A stretch of DNA of 64,000 nucleotides from Macrostomum lignano. Lineage: Eukaryota. The position numbers and the translations under genes are program-made. The stretch spans positions 1-64,000 of the forward strand of contig NIVC01001474.1 in assembly GCA_002269645.1 (NCBI GenBank). Direction: 5' to 3'. This document shows, in pieces, positions 1 to 13,275 of the stretch. Positions within the stretch are counted from its first letter, which is position 1. The number at the start of each line of letters is the position of its first letter. The notes below the pieces were generated by a model. It did not search any database. It was not told where the DNA came from and saw only the letters and a program-made list of their open reading frames with translations.

Positions 1-3000
1 TATCATTTGGGGCTCGTGCACAAAATTGACCAGTGCTTTGATTCAACCCATGAGGGACAACCCCAAGGCACAAAGAGTGTTCCTGCCTGACGATTAGAAA
101 GGCAGGGCCCTCCCTGTGCACCCTGTTCGAGGTGTGCATGAGTGCTTGTCTGCGTACAGTGTTGGCGCGCTTGTATTGTGCTCAGGATCCAGAGGAACGG
201 GCACAATTATTTGACGATTTCGCCGAAGCCAGAATGCCCGCAACCATATCCTGCAGCTATTGCTGTCATAATCAGATCAATTTGGCACAAAGTTCAGACC
301 CATTACTGTTGAGCCCCAAGCTCTGGACTTGGTTTATGAAGACAAAGGTGTACTTTTTCACTTCCCTTTATCAGACTGACTGGCGACGTGTCCAGAGTGG
401 ACAGATCCTGCAGAGATTCGGTCTAGACTTGGTCTCCGATGCAGTGCCGGCACTGAACTCACTGTGAGATTTCCCAACGGCAGCCGGCGTATCAACAGTT
501 TAGATGGCGACTTTGGAAGCCTCACTTTGGCTCGAACTTTAAGACTTCGTGCCTCGGATTTTGAAGCAGCAGTTTCTGCGCGGCTAACCGAATCAGGCAG
601 TAATAGAGGCCTCTGCGCGTTTTTGGAATTTCTGGCGGTCGGGTGTCGAATGGTTCGTTAGATAAGCTGGTGTTTGTTCAATCGACAGAGCCCACAACTT
701 GGGGTTGGATGGATGCGGCATCGACTTGAAACCTCCGTGAGCCGAGCTGGCATTGAAAATGGCTTAGTACGCTAAACTTAAGTTAGCATCGACTTGAGTT
801 ATTTACTCATAGCGCGGTTGGAAGAAGCTTTTCAATGCTGCCGTCTGATGTTTTTTCGGACAGAACCGACACGATCAATGTTTCGTTAGCAGAGACGCGA
901 GGTGAGAAATGGCTCGCACTGTCTGGTGGCGGTGAAATATTTAGCCTTGTTGGCGACTCTCGGGCAAAGGCTAGAAGTTCCAAAGGCTCTATTGAACCTA
1001 TCTGTGTCTGATGCCGGCAGTAAACTTCATGTCGCTGTGTCAAGCTCGTGGAGCTTTGACGATTTTGTCATCAAATTCAAGCAGATCGACAACTGTAGCA
1101 GCTTCCATGGGGTTAATCGAAACTGCAGATGGCGTATTTCGTCCGGCGCCACTGGAAAGCTTCAACCTAGATGTTCGGTTTATTCGTTCTCCAGCGGTAT
1201 GAGAATTTATAAAGAAACTGACGGCATAGCATTCAATATCAAGCACTACTGGCCAGCTTTGACCTCACTGAACCAGTCTCTGCGATTGACAATTGGACAC
1301 GCAGAGATTCCGAAACCTAAGCATTCAAGAACGCAATTTACTTTCAACAATCCTTGTTGCCCTGCCTGAGAACCGTGGTCTGACGCATCAGATCAGCGCA
1401 GATGGCAGCCTTGTGCCGAGAAACTTCAGCCTGACACAATCAACTCAGTTGGCTTGCCTATCGCAGAGGTTTCTTTCAAACTTGTCAGCTTGTTCGAGCT
1501 AAACGAAAGTGCCTGTTCAGGATGAAACAGCAGGTTGAGCTGGCTGAAAATACTCAGCCAGTGCATCAACGTGGTGGCATCAAGTCGGCTACGCTCTCGC
1601 TGTTTGAAACCAGAAAATCGCATCTCCTAGCACGGCGGTTTGAAAATTTCCACCCAAGCCGCTGTTGATGACGCCACGGTGAAAAGCTGCTGGCGACAGC
1701 TCGTACGCGCAGATTTTGTGTCGCGATCGATCGCGCAGCGCCAACACAGTGACTGCAGCTTTCTTGCGCCAACTTTGGCAGCTGCTCAGTACAGTCAGAG
1801 CTCGTCAGCATGACATTCAGTCTCGGGAACAGCCTTTTAGCCAGTGTTCAGACAGACATTGATGCAGTAGACTTGCGACTGCTGCATCGGCATGTCCTGC
1901 AGAAAGGCTGTGGGCAGCTCGCAGGTCTTGTTGGATGTCAGAGTTCTCAAGCTACAGCGTCAGGTTCAAGCAACGCTTGAAGTCGCCGGCCGTGGCGAGC
2001 TTCGTGCAAAACTATCGAACTGGCCAGCTGAGAGAGCCTCCGTGCAGTTTGAACTTCGGTCGTACGTAAGCGGAAGACAGGGACTGCTGACAGCTGACTG
2101 GAACTTATCATCGCGAACTGCTTCTATCCTTATCAAGGCTACCAGCCCTACCACTGGTGCTAGCGCCGGTAACTTCAATTTCTCAGGAGCAATCAAACCT
2201 GTCAGTTGGTTCGCTTAGACTTTTAGCTGAGCAGCCGAACATTCGGGCTCGTCAGAGGCTCGAATTAGCTGGCCCAAACTCGGCAGTATGCGATTGGACT
2301 TTGAGAGAACTAGCATCGACAACAGATGGGGCCCAGATATCCACCTGGCAGTGGAAGCGTCCTTCAAGTGGTGGACGAATTGACTTTCAAATTAAATACA
2401 TCAGAACCAAAAATCGAGCAAATCGGACTCGACTATCGCAGCTCAGACGTTGCTGAAGGTTATGCTGCTACTGTAAGGTACGTGCGCTACGGACATGAGT
2501 TTAGGGCTGATGCCCGAGGACGCGGTGGTGTTACGTTCAATGGCGCTTCAAATCAGCTTCCGTTATTCAATCTGACTGTTGAGCAGGTAAGATGTTTTGT
2601 TTGAGTTCGGATTTCTCGAGTTATCCACAAATGTTTATTTGCTGTTTAAATTTTCAGGCCCTAGATCTGTACGGATTGGAAGATGCGGCGCCTTTCTCTG
2701 ACATCGCTAAGCAGCTTCGCTTGTCAGCTCGACTGATTGCGACTCGGCGCGGGGAGGTCGACCTTGCCTGGTGGCTGACGTCTCCTGTGTCAGCTTTTGG
2801 CCTCGAGCCGGTGGTCGGGATGGAGGTGCTTACTCGCTGGTGGCCGCTGCAATCTGCGCCTTGGATTGGCGACGCCGGTCGCTCACTGGCGCCGATGCTC
2901 GGCGGAGCTCCGCTGCCAACTGTCGCGTCGGGTAGCCCTCGTGTCCGCGTCTCTGTCGGGTCCGAGCTCCGATTTCGTTGCGCTGTACGAGCACGAGTTT

Positions 3001-6000
3001 GACGAGCGCTGACTAATTTAAAAGCTCGAGTGCACTATCAGAACAATTTTGATATTGACTTTTGAGCCGCAACTTCTGAATGCTAGCGTTGCAGCTGTCT
3101 TGGCAGGAAGCGGGGAAACAAATTTACGCGGTTTTATCAAGACGTCATGGAGTCGCTGCAGCAACTCGAGTTTGTTGCCACTCCGGCAGCTACCTATATT
3201 GACCGAATAGCGCACGGCGAGTCGCTAAGGATTTTTGATGCTCGCCGAATCAGCAATAGAAATTTCGATCCAAAAGGTTACATACGTCGACGCGATGACT
3301 GGGTTCTCGCATAGCCTTCGGTGTGAACTCCATTGAGGCCTTTGTTGCCAACGCCAGCGTCGGCCTGACCTCAGGAGGCGGCATTGATGATAGCGACTTT
3401 GAATTGACGCTGAGTGGAGCAACTGCAGGAATGGACCTTCTAAGTGGTCGGATTTACCGCCAAACTAGCAATGGCAGTAGCGAAAACCCCGTGATTTCCA
3501 GTGGTCTCCGGGTAATCTGTCCGCAGTGACTCTGAATGCTACCGAAGAAGCTACTGTAGGAGAAAATGGCAGAAAGAGATGGCGACTGTTTCTAAACGAT
3601 GGTGGCGACGTTGTGACAGCAGACGTTCGCTTCCGAGGCACTCGCTTGGACCCAGATCCAACAGCCCAGTCTTCAGTGATCATCCGCGGCACCAAATACT
3701 CAGTTCAACAGCCTGACGGCCCTAGCAGTCTTCGCATCACTGCCAGTGGATTCGCGCCAGTCGACTTCAACTGGTCCGTCAAGCAACAGCCTTGCAAGAT
3801 TTCGTTTCGTCTGAATTCGCAGCATCGGCCAAAAGTTCATCAGAGACCACTGTCGTACTTTAGATGTTGAGGCTGACTGGCCCAGTCGCATTCGTGCTGT
3901 TTTGGTCGAGATGCTAATCTAGCTTCTGTTAAACTAGGGATTAGCAAAGCTCGTTGTCGTGATTCATAGTGCAAACGGCAGCTTTGATGGCGAGTGCCTC
4001 TGGCTCCCGGACTAGCGCTCAGTCTACCAACACCTCCTGGACCTGTCAACCTGACCGCCGCTTGGACTCCGGATGACTGGCTGTCAATGGCCTTCTCAAT
4101 CTTGACTTCTGGTCCAGCTGGCGATTTCGTCACCGCCATCGCGTCGTGCTGTCAGCGGCCGCCTCCGAAGCGCAGATTGAGACTGTATCAAATTCTTGGC
4201 GCATTTTCTGCAATCACAGCACGGCAAGTCGTACGGTGCAAATCTTTGGCAGTTCAAATGGTTTCGGAGACGTAGATATCACACAAACAGCTTGAAAGTA
4301 AGCCTTGCTGACTCTGCAGATAAACTTGATATGCTTTACCCAAATCTGTTTCAATTTCCATGGAATAATCAAGACAATGTTAAGAGTTTGAAATTTGCGG
4401 CGAATCTTACAGCACCAACTTTGAGTTTGCTGAGGCCCGCGTCTCTCAATATTGTTCGCATGGTTGCTTTGGATTCGCAGTTGAAAGTTCGGAATGTCAG
4501 TCTTGTGTGCACCTATCAAGCTGATGGCGGTCTTCAGCAAGCTGACGTTACTATTGCTAAAGCAGTCACCGAAAGCCAAGGTAGCAAACTGATAGGTACT
4601 GTCATGACTAAAGGTTTCAAGTTGATTCAAGCCCTACACTACGAAGCCGAGGTCAACTGGAAATCTGCTAACGGAGAAGCCACAGCAGGTGTTGTGTGTC
4701 GCGAGCAAGCAAAGCAACTATTGGCAGTTCAAGTCTCTGCTAGTAACTGGAATTGCGGAATTCAGCGCTGAAACCAGCACTAACCAGAGTGCTTGTCGCG
4801 GTGGGTAGTTCTACCGTATCTAATGAAAAGCCGAGCACCTTTGCTTCACTTCTCAATGACAGACCAAGTACGAATCGCCTTCAATGCTAGCAGCGATGTG
4901 AAAAATTGGCAGTTCGAGTGTTACACAATGATCCGACATTTCAAAGTCTCACGAACAACAATCGATGCGTTTCCAATGGCATTTAACGCCGGATTCGACG
5001 AATCGGGTTGTGCTTAGCAACTCGCCCAGCAATGGTACAACGGAACTGCGACTTCCCTGGCGCACGATTCGACTGGTGCAACGATCGGTGAGCCAATTTG
5101 TGGAGCTGATGCTCTGATGCACAATCAATCGGCCCTTTGACGCCAATAAGCTGCGGTGTCTCACAGTGAGTGGCAGTTCGCTAAACTACACGATTGAACT
5201 TACTTCACGTTATCTTGCTTCGCCAGTTTGGTGGTCATCTCCTCTAAGCTACCAGAATGCAGTTGTTGGTTGCTTTGACCCGCAATTCGTCTCGATTTAA
5301 AGGCGTCACTTCTGCAGGAAGTTTCTTTAAAGATTGCAAATCTTTGCTAGCCTAATCACGCCGGATGCGACTTCTCGAATGGAAGCTGGAGCAGATTTGC
5401 CTGCGAAGATGGAAGCGCATCGGTCTGTAGCCTTGCGCAATGGTCGCATGAAGATTTTACTTGGCAAGTCGATGTCAAATGATCATCGTGGTGCATAGCG
5501 CATCAGATCGAATTTGAATTGGCGCCATTTCAGCGATTTATTTCTCGGTAAGTTGTAGCTCTATGATTGAAGTTGTTAGAACTTTGACTCTCAATTCGAT
5601 GCTTGACTAATTGTCACTTGCAATTCCTTCAGATAAAAGATGGTCCCCTGTTAGACCTGAGCTTCAACCAAGCCTCGGTCGCCTGGTCTGGCACCTGACT
5701 TCCCGAAGCGGCGCTGTGTGGCAACGGAACTCGATCAGTAAAAGATTCCTGCAGTTCTGGCAGTTGTGGATGCCGCAAATTCCGATGCTCAAATTGAAGT
5801 GAGCAGCGGTTGCTGAACAGGCAGCATCGAACTTACTGGCCGAATCAAGTGCCGCCTTGCTGTTTGCTGTCTTCAACGGAACGCGTCACGCCGGGCCCTG
5901 GCAGTCAACTCCGATTCCGACAGCGTCAAATGATGCCAGAAAAAATTATGGTTCAGCGAATCTGTGCCGGCCAACGTGAGCTTCGGTTTTGCCGGCTTCC

Positions 6001-6109
6001 ACCTGAGTCGCAACGGCTCGATGGAGTTGGCGACCTCGTGGCGTCTGCCCAGGGAGCCGGTGTTTCATGTGCGCGGTTTTATAAATAATTTATGCCGTTT
6101 TGTAGCGTA

Positions 6110-7640
6110 GGGTTAGACACGGTCTGAATTGTGTTAGACAGGATTTGAATGTTGTTAGACACGATCATTTGAATAGTGTTAGACATGATCTGAATCCTAT
6201 TAGACACGATCTGAATAGTATTGGACACGATCATCTGAACAGTGTTACACACGATCATCTAAACAGTGTTAGACACGATCATATAAATAGTGTTACACAC
6301 GATCATCTGAACAGTGTTACACACGATCATCTAAACAGTGTTACACACGATCATCTAAATAGTGTTACACACGATCATCTGAACAGTGTTAGACACGATC
6401 ATCTAAACAGTGTTAGACACGATCATCTAAACAGTGTTAGACACGATCATCTGAACAGTGTTAGACACGATCATCTGAACAATTTTAGACACGATCATCT
6501 AAACAGTGTTAGACACAATCATCTAAACAGTGTTAGACACGATCATCTGAACAGTGTTAGACACGATCATCTAAACAGTGTTAGACACGATCATCTGAAC
6601 AGTGTTAGACACGATCATCTAAACAGTGTTAGACACGATCATCTAAACAGTGTTAGACACGATCATCTGAACAATGTTAGACACGATCATCTAAACAATT
6701 TTAGACACGATCATCTGAATAGTGTTAGACACGATTTGAATTGTGTTAGACACGATTTGAATAGTGTTAGACACGATTTGAATATTGTTAGACACGATTT
6801 GAATAGTGTTAGACACGATTTGAATAGTGTTAGACACGATTTGAATATTGTTAGACACGATTTGAATAGTGTTAGACACAATTTGAATAGTGTTAGACAC
6901 GATTTGAATTGTGTTAGACACGATTTGAATATTGTTAGACACGATTTGAATATTGTTAGACACGATTTGAATAGTGTTAGACACGATTTGAATATTGTTA
7001 GACACGATTTGAATATTGTTAGACACGATTTGAATAGTGTTAGACACGATTTGAATAGTGTTAGACACGATTTGAATAGTGTTAGACACGATTTGAATAG
7101 TGTTAGACACGATTTGAATATTGTTAGACACGATTTGAATAGTGTTAGACACGATTTGAATATTGTTAGACACGATTTGAATAGTGTTAGACACGATTTG
7201 AATAGTGTTAGACACGATTTGAATAGAGTTAGACACGATTTGAATATTGTTAGACACGATTTGAATAGTGTTAGACACGATTTGAATAGTGTTAGACACG
7301 ATTTGAATATTGTTAGACACGATTTGAATTGTGTTAGACACGATTTGAATAGTGTTAGACACGATTTGAATAGTGTTAGACACGATTTGAATATTGTTAG
7401 ACACGATTTGAATAGTGTTAGACACGATTTGAATAGAGTTAGACACGATTTGAATAGTGTTAGACACGATTTGAATATTGTTAGACGCAATTTGAATAGT
7501 GTTAGACACGATTTGAATAGTGTTAGACACGATTTGAATAGAGTTAGACACGATTTGAATAGTGTTAGACATGATTTGAATAGTGTTAGACACGATTTGA
7601 ATATTGTTAGACACAATCATTTGAATAGTGTTAGACATAA
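6110..7640. repeat. Intronic minisatellite: 24-bp unit ACACGATCATCTAAACAGTGTTAG switching at ~6725 to 21-bp unit ACACGATTTGAATAGTGTTAG
   Basis: Direct tandem periodicity; it produces the spurious ORFs 6145-7653, 6691-7638 and 6711-7616. Confidence 0.95.
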
Positions 7641-8407
7641 ATTAAATGGTTGAAGCTGCTGTATTTTATTTGACTGTAATGCAACTCATCCGTCAGGTCC
7701 AGCTTCTGTCCGTCATCAATTCGCGACTGATTGCCAATTTGCCCTCTGCCTCAGCGCTGCGTCAAGCCCTGGCCGAAGGCTCTCGCGTTGCTCTCACAGG
7801 TTCTGGCGATGCACTTCAGTACGAGCTGTTCGCATGGCAGGTGAGCCACTGATTATAATTCAAATGTTTTTTTATGATTTTTTATTGCGAATATACAAGC
7901 TCCACTACTTGAAATGTGAAGCCACCAGACACCATAACCAGACATCATTCTACGTGTACTTTGAAACCCAACAGGCCCGACCCGATTCCGACGTGACCCT
8001 CGCGGCCTCCGACCTGACCGCTGGGTGGAATTTCATTCGCCAGATTTCATCCAGGGACGAATTCTACTTGAAATCCGTAGCAACGCCGTTGCTAAGCAGA
8101 TTTGGCGGCCTTAGCAACCGAGTGTGGAAATTTGGTTGGCAAAGAATATTGACTATTAGGAATCAGATGCGGAGGTTTCAGTTGCCTCAGTCGAGGCCAC
8201 CGGGAAGTTATTCAGCACCAGGTTGGTTGCAGACTGCTCTGGAACGTCTGGCCCTTCGCTGGCGACACGCCGTCTCCGGGCACCTTGGCCGCTTGAGACG
8301 GGCTTGGATGCGGCTCCGGGAGCTGGACCAGCGGCCTGCGGAGGCGAGACAGGACTACAGCGAGGCCGAATGGGATATCTGTGCGTGAGACTGGATTCTG
8401 GTAGCTG

Positions 8408-8805
8408 CATCCCATTCCTGCATCCCAGTCCCTGCATCCCAGTCCCTGCATCCCAGTCCCTGCATCCCAGTCCCTGCATCCCAGTCCCTGCATCCCAGTC
8501 CCTGCATCCCAGTCCCTGCATCCCAGTCCCTGCATCCCAGTCCCTGCATCTCAGTCCCTGCATCTCAGTCCCTGCATCCCAGTCCCCACATCCGAATCCC
8601 TGCATCCCAGCTCCTTCCTTAATATTACTCACAGTCCACTTCTAATAGCCTGCTCCCACATTCCGCTCCCTGAATTCCACTCCCTACATTCCACTCCCTA
8701 CATTCCGCTCCCTGAATTCTACTCCCTACATTCCACTCCCTACATTCCGCTCCCTGAATTCTACTCCCTACATTCCACTCCCTACATTCCGCTCCCTGAA
8801 TTCCA
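8408..8805. repeat. Intronic minisatellites: 14-bp ATCCCAGTCCCTGC, then a ~42-bp CCCTACATTCC-type unit
   Basis: Tandem units visible between the donor at ~8386 and the acceptor at ~8866. Confidence 0.9.
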
Positions 8806-9799
8806 GTTTTGTGTGCTAATCCAAAATCAAAATTCAAATCCCCATCTCTCAAGATTGGATGCAGAATTTCCTCACGCCAGACGATTCGTTCGAGTACTCC
8901 ACAGCAGCTCAAGTGATGCAGAACAGCCTAGCGAGCATGGGGTCCGAGGCTGCGGCTCGCCTGCACGGCATTCTGTTTGCCCACCTGGCTGACTACAAGC
9001 GCCTCTATGACTGGCTAGATGATATGGGCTACGAGGTGCGAAGGTTGATGTCGATGAAGCTGGACCCGTTACCGGAGCTTGACAGCGAACTCCTCGCTCT
9101 GGCTCGACTGTGGCTGCGCACCAAGCGTCGATCCGATATTTTCCAACGACTAACCGGTTTGGATAGCAACCAGGTGTTGTCATGGCAACCAAGGTGTCGA
9201 GCCGATTGCTCCGAGCTGGGCGGCACTGGAGTGGCCCAGTTTCGAGCGCAGATTCGAGCCCGGGTCCCTCGGCTGAGACCGGCGGAATGGCGAAGGTTGG
9301 CCGGTCGGCTAGCGCGATTCGCTCGCGTTGCTATGGACGCTATTGATGTTGCCATAGCAACGGTTAATGGCGCCGATAAAGCGACTAGACTGGAAACCGA
9401 TTAAAACTTTTACCCGATGCAGTCTGTCTAAGACTGCCAACTGACTAAAGTTTTGCTACAGCTAATGAAGTAAAAATTTAGCAGCAAATCCAGACACGAT
9501 ATGTATCGAAAAAGCGCTTTGCCAATTAGTTGAATTGCGTTGGTAACAAAGGTATCAGGACAATTTAATGTCTGCCATGTCTTTATCGGCAATGTATGAA
9601 CGATTTTTCTAATTTTGACAAAATCGAGCAAAACTTTGTTATTATTAATTTAGAGCGTTAAAACAAAACTTTTAAATATAATTTTGAGAGAATTATAACA
9701 CTGCAATAAACAAATTCAACGAATTTCCTAACTTGCCTACTTAGTTGAACGTTATACTCGTAATTAAATCAGCCTTAAAATCTTCGAACAATTCAACTC

Positions 9800-10218
9800 G
9801 CCAGCACACTAATTAGAACACCCATCTGCACACTAATTAGCACACCCATCTGCACAATAATTAGCACACCCACCTGCACAATAATTAGCACACCCACCTG
9901 CACACTAATTAGCACACTATTTAGCACACTAATTACCACATCCACCTGCACACTAATTAGCACACCCACCTGCACACTAATTAGCACACCCACCTGCACA
10001 CTAATTAGCACACCCACCTGCACACTAATTACCACATCCACCTGCACACTAATTAGCACACCCACCTGCACACTAATTACCACATCCACCTGCACACTAA
10101 TTAGCACACCCACCTGCACACTAATTACCACATCCACCTGCACACTAATTAGCACACCCATCTGCACACTAATTACCACACCCATCTGCACAATAACTAG
10201 CAAACCCACCTGCACACT
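9800..10218. repeat. 24-bp minisatellite CACACTAATTAGCACACCCACCTG
   Basis: Tandem periodicity visible; lies between two convergent genes. Confidence 0.9.
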
Positions 10219-11296
10219 AATCGCTCTCTCTGCTGCAGCAAGCCGCGTACATCAGGCCAGCAGCAGCGTACAGCATTGTCAGCCAGAAAATGCTCTCAAA
10301 GCTACCGAGTAAAATGAGCTGAACCGCACTGACCGGTGCAATCGTCTCAGAGAAAATCTTTTTACATAAGAAAATCACCAGAAAGCAGAACAGAGCAACC
10401 AGTTGAAACAGACACACGCAAAGGATCAACTGGACTGAGCTGGAAAGCTGGTTGCTACCGCCGCCGAATGTCTGCAACTCGTCGCCATAGTCAGTTGCGC
10501 CTTTGCGCTGACCGCCGTCTCCCCTGTCGCCAAGAGCGTCGCCAGCACGAGTTTTATGATGTGCCCGATCCACGTCCGCGGAGTCCGTCAGGCTGCTGCC
10601 GCTGGTTGTGTGACAATTTGAATTCAGTCTAATAGGGTATACTTACTTACTTACTGAACTGTGACCTAAATAGTGACTTCAATAACTATCTAGATAGTGA
10701 CCTAAACTGTGACTTAAATAGTGGCTTTGCCGGCTATCTAGACAGTGACCTAAACTGTGACCTAAATACTGACTTTGACGACTACCTGTGACCTAAACTT
10801 TCACCTTAACAGTGACATTGATGACTACATAGACAGTGGCCTAAACTGTGGTCTTATCCAAAATAGTGACTTTGATAACAACTTAGCTAGAGAGTGACCT
10901 AGCTATATAGTTTATTTGACAAATACCGTGAAAGTGACCTATAACAGCAGTCTAAAACATTCCCTAAGCCACTAAAGTGAGCTAGAAGGCAATCAGGATG
11001 ATCGCTCCCATAAAAAATCCCATATGTGCGGCAACTCACCGAGCCAGGTTGGCAGCAAAGTGCGATCCAGTGGTCACTTTTGTGCCAGTCGTAGCTCCAC
11101 CGCGCTCCCTGTCCAGCCAAATCTCCAGCCCGTGCACCCCGGTCTGCAGGTCGGAGTCCTCTTCGAGCAGGCCAAACTCGCCGTTGTCTTGGTGTCGATG
11201 CGGCGACATCCGATGACCGGTGCCGCCGGTGCTAGGACGATGGTGGTGGCGCGATTGACGTAGCACCCGAGACGGACTGAATTTCACGACGCTCAT
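10217..11296 (-). CDS. Two-exon putative membrane protein (~222 aa): polar/His-rich N-terminus and two C-terminal hydrophobic segments
   Basis: ATG at 11296. Exon 11296-11040 ends CG|GTGAG and exon 10628-10217 starts after ATTAG|; the phases match (CG|A = Arg) and the frame is open to TAG. Hydrophobic stretches: QLILCVCLFQLVALFCFLVIFL and IFWLTMLYAAAGLMYAACC. Confidence 0.6.
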
Positions 11297-11501
11297 GACT
11301 GTGATCTCTGTGCAATATGCTGCCTTGCAATCTCGATAGAATTAGCTAACTAGTTTGTGTGCTTTTACTTGCGAGTCTATGCCTTTGTTGCTTTTGACAT
11401 ACCGAGTAAGAAAGCCGACATCTTAAAGCATATGTACAGGTTGGGCCATAGACAATACGCAAATTTCTGAATTCTGGTCAAAGAGCTCAGTCAAAGACGC
11501 C

Positions 11502-12552
11502 AGCACCAAGGGGCTTTAGCACCAAGGGGCTTTAGCACCAAGGGGCTTTAGCACCAAGGGGCTTTAGCACCAAGGGGCTTTAGCACCAAGGGGCTTTAGC
11601 ACCAAGGGGCTTTAGCACCAAGGGGCTTTAGCACCAAGGGGCTTTAGCACCAAGGGGCTTTAGCACCAAGGGGCTTTAGCACCAAGGGGCTTTAGCACCA
11701 AGGGGCTTTAGCACCAAGGGGCTTTAGCACCAAGGGGCTTTAGCACCAAGGGGCTTTAGCACCAAGGGGCTTTAGCACCAAGGGGCTTTAGCACCAAGGG
11801 GCTTTAGCACCAAGGGGCTTTAGCACCAAGGGGCTTTAGCACCAAGGGGCTTTAGCACCAAGGGGCTTTAGCACCAAGGGGCTTTAGCACCAAGGGGCTT
11901 TAGCACCAAGGGGCTTTAGCACCAAGGGGCTTTAGCACCAAGGGGCTTTAGCACCAAGGGGCTTTAGCACCAAGGGGCTTTAGCACCAAGGGGCTTTAGC
12001 ACCAAGGGGCTTTAGCACCAAGGGGCTTTAGCACCAAGGGCTTTAGCACCAAGGGGCTTTAGCACCAAGGGGCTTTAGCACCAAGGGGCTTTAGCACCAA
12101 GGGGCTTTAGCACCAAGGGGCTTTAGCACCAAGGGGCTTTAGCACCAAGGGGCTTTAGCACCAAGGGGCTTTAGCACCAAGGGGCTTTAGCACCAAGGGG
12201 CTTTAGCACCAAGGGGCTTTAGCACCAAGGGGCTTTAGCACCAAGGGGCTTTAGCACCAAGGGGCTTTAGCACCAAGGGGCTTTAGCACCAAGGGGCTTT
12301 AGCACCAAGGGGCTTTAGCACCAAGGGGCTTTAGCACCAAGGGGCTTTAGCACCAAGGGGCTTTAGCACCAAGGGGCTTTAGCACCAAGGGGCTTTAGCA
12401 CCAAGGGGCTTTAGCACCAAGGGGCTTTAGCACCAAGGGGCTTTAGCACCAAGGGGCTTTAGCACCAAGGGGCTTTAGCACCAAGGGGCTTTAGCACCAA
12501 GGGGCTTTAGCACCAAGGGGCTTTAGCACCAAGGGGCTTTAGCACCAAGGGG
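11502..12552. repeat. Near-perfect 16-bp tandem array GCACCAAGGGGCTTTA (~65 copies)
   Basis: Homogeneous units; I see only one variant (GGG instead of GGGG, near 12037). Confidence 0.97.
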
Positions 12553-12864
12553 CGCCAGCACTCATTTTTAGTTAAATCTCAATAATACCTATGTAAACGT
12601 AGTTCTCGCATATTTACGAGCTAGTTCCAATAGTTGTTTATAAATCACTGGCCTTACTGTTTTCAATTGTCTATGGCCTTAACTTACTGTTGGATAATGA
12701 TTGTAATTGTATAATACTAATGCATAAAGTGTGTTACAAAACGGATTAGTTATATTTTTAATACAGTTTTTGACAGTCGCACAGGCAAAATATAAATATA
12801 ATAAAATAAGCATATTACATTATTAAGCATTCATGTACGCTTCATTGCGCGTGTTTTTCGTCAA

Positions 12865-12867
<3 letters not shown>

Positions 12868-12939
<72 letters not shown>

Positions 12940-13010
12940 TAGTGTCTGTCTGTCTGGCTGTCTGTCTGTCTGTCTGTCTGGCTGTCTGGCTGTCTGTCTG
13001 TCTGTCTGGC

Positions 13011-13059
<49 letters not shown>

Positions 13060-13149
13060 GCTGTCTGTCTGTCTGTCTGTCTGTCTTAGTGTCTGTCTGT
13101 CTGTCTGTCTGTCTGTCTTAGTGTCTGTCTGTCTGTCTGTCTGTCTTAG

Positions 13150-13222
<73 letters not shown>

Positions 13223-13256
13223 GGCTGTCTGTCTGTCTGGCTGTCTGTCTGTCTGT
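12868..13256. repeat. (TGTC)n microsatellite with TTAG/GGC interruptions
   Basis: Direct; lies immediately 3' of the stop codon of the SRCR-ZP gene. Confidence 0.97.
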
Positions 13257-13275
13257 TTTCTGTCTCTGGGGTCAA

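Larger units (their letters stand above)
1..9404 (+). pseudogene. 3' part of a large multi-exon gene, many frame breaks; beta-strand-rich middle and helical end; family uncertain (large lipid-transfer/apolipophorin-like is only a guess)
   Basis: Chain of protein-like + strand ORFs that switch frame (132-467, 902-1369, 1892-2604, 3526-3870, 4196-5017, 7834-8388, 8859-9404). Canonical introns at ~2588-2658 (GTAAG..TTTCAG) and ~5548-5631 (GTAAG..TTCAG), plus minisatellite-filled introns. Terminal stop at 9404. The disruptions could be decay or consensus errors. Confidence 0.45.

Noticed and set aside
6145-7653. 502-aa ORF and the other long repeat ORFs (12833, 17318, 52696, 53826, 57592, 60622, 62978)
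   Set aside because: By-products of stop-free minisatellite frames; most lie in introns whose flanking exons splice in phase.
10217-10440. TMBIM/Lifeguard assignment for the membrane protein
   Set aside because: Only loose resemblance (LVALFCF, ACCS) and too few TM segments.
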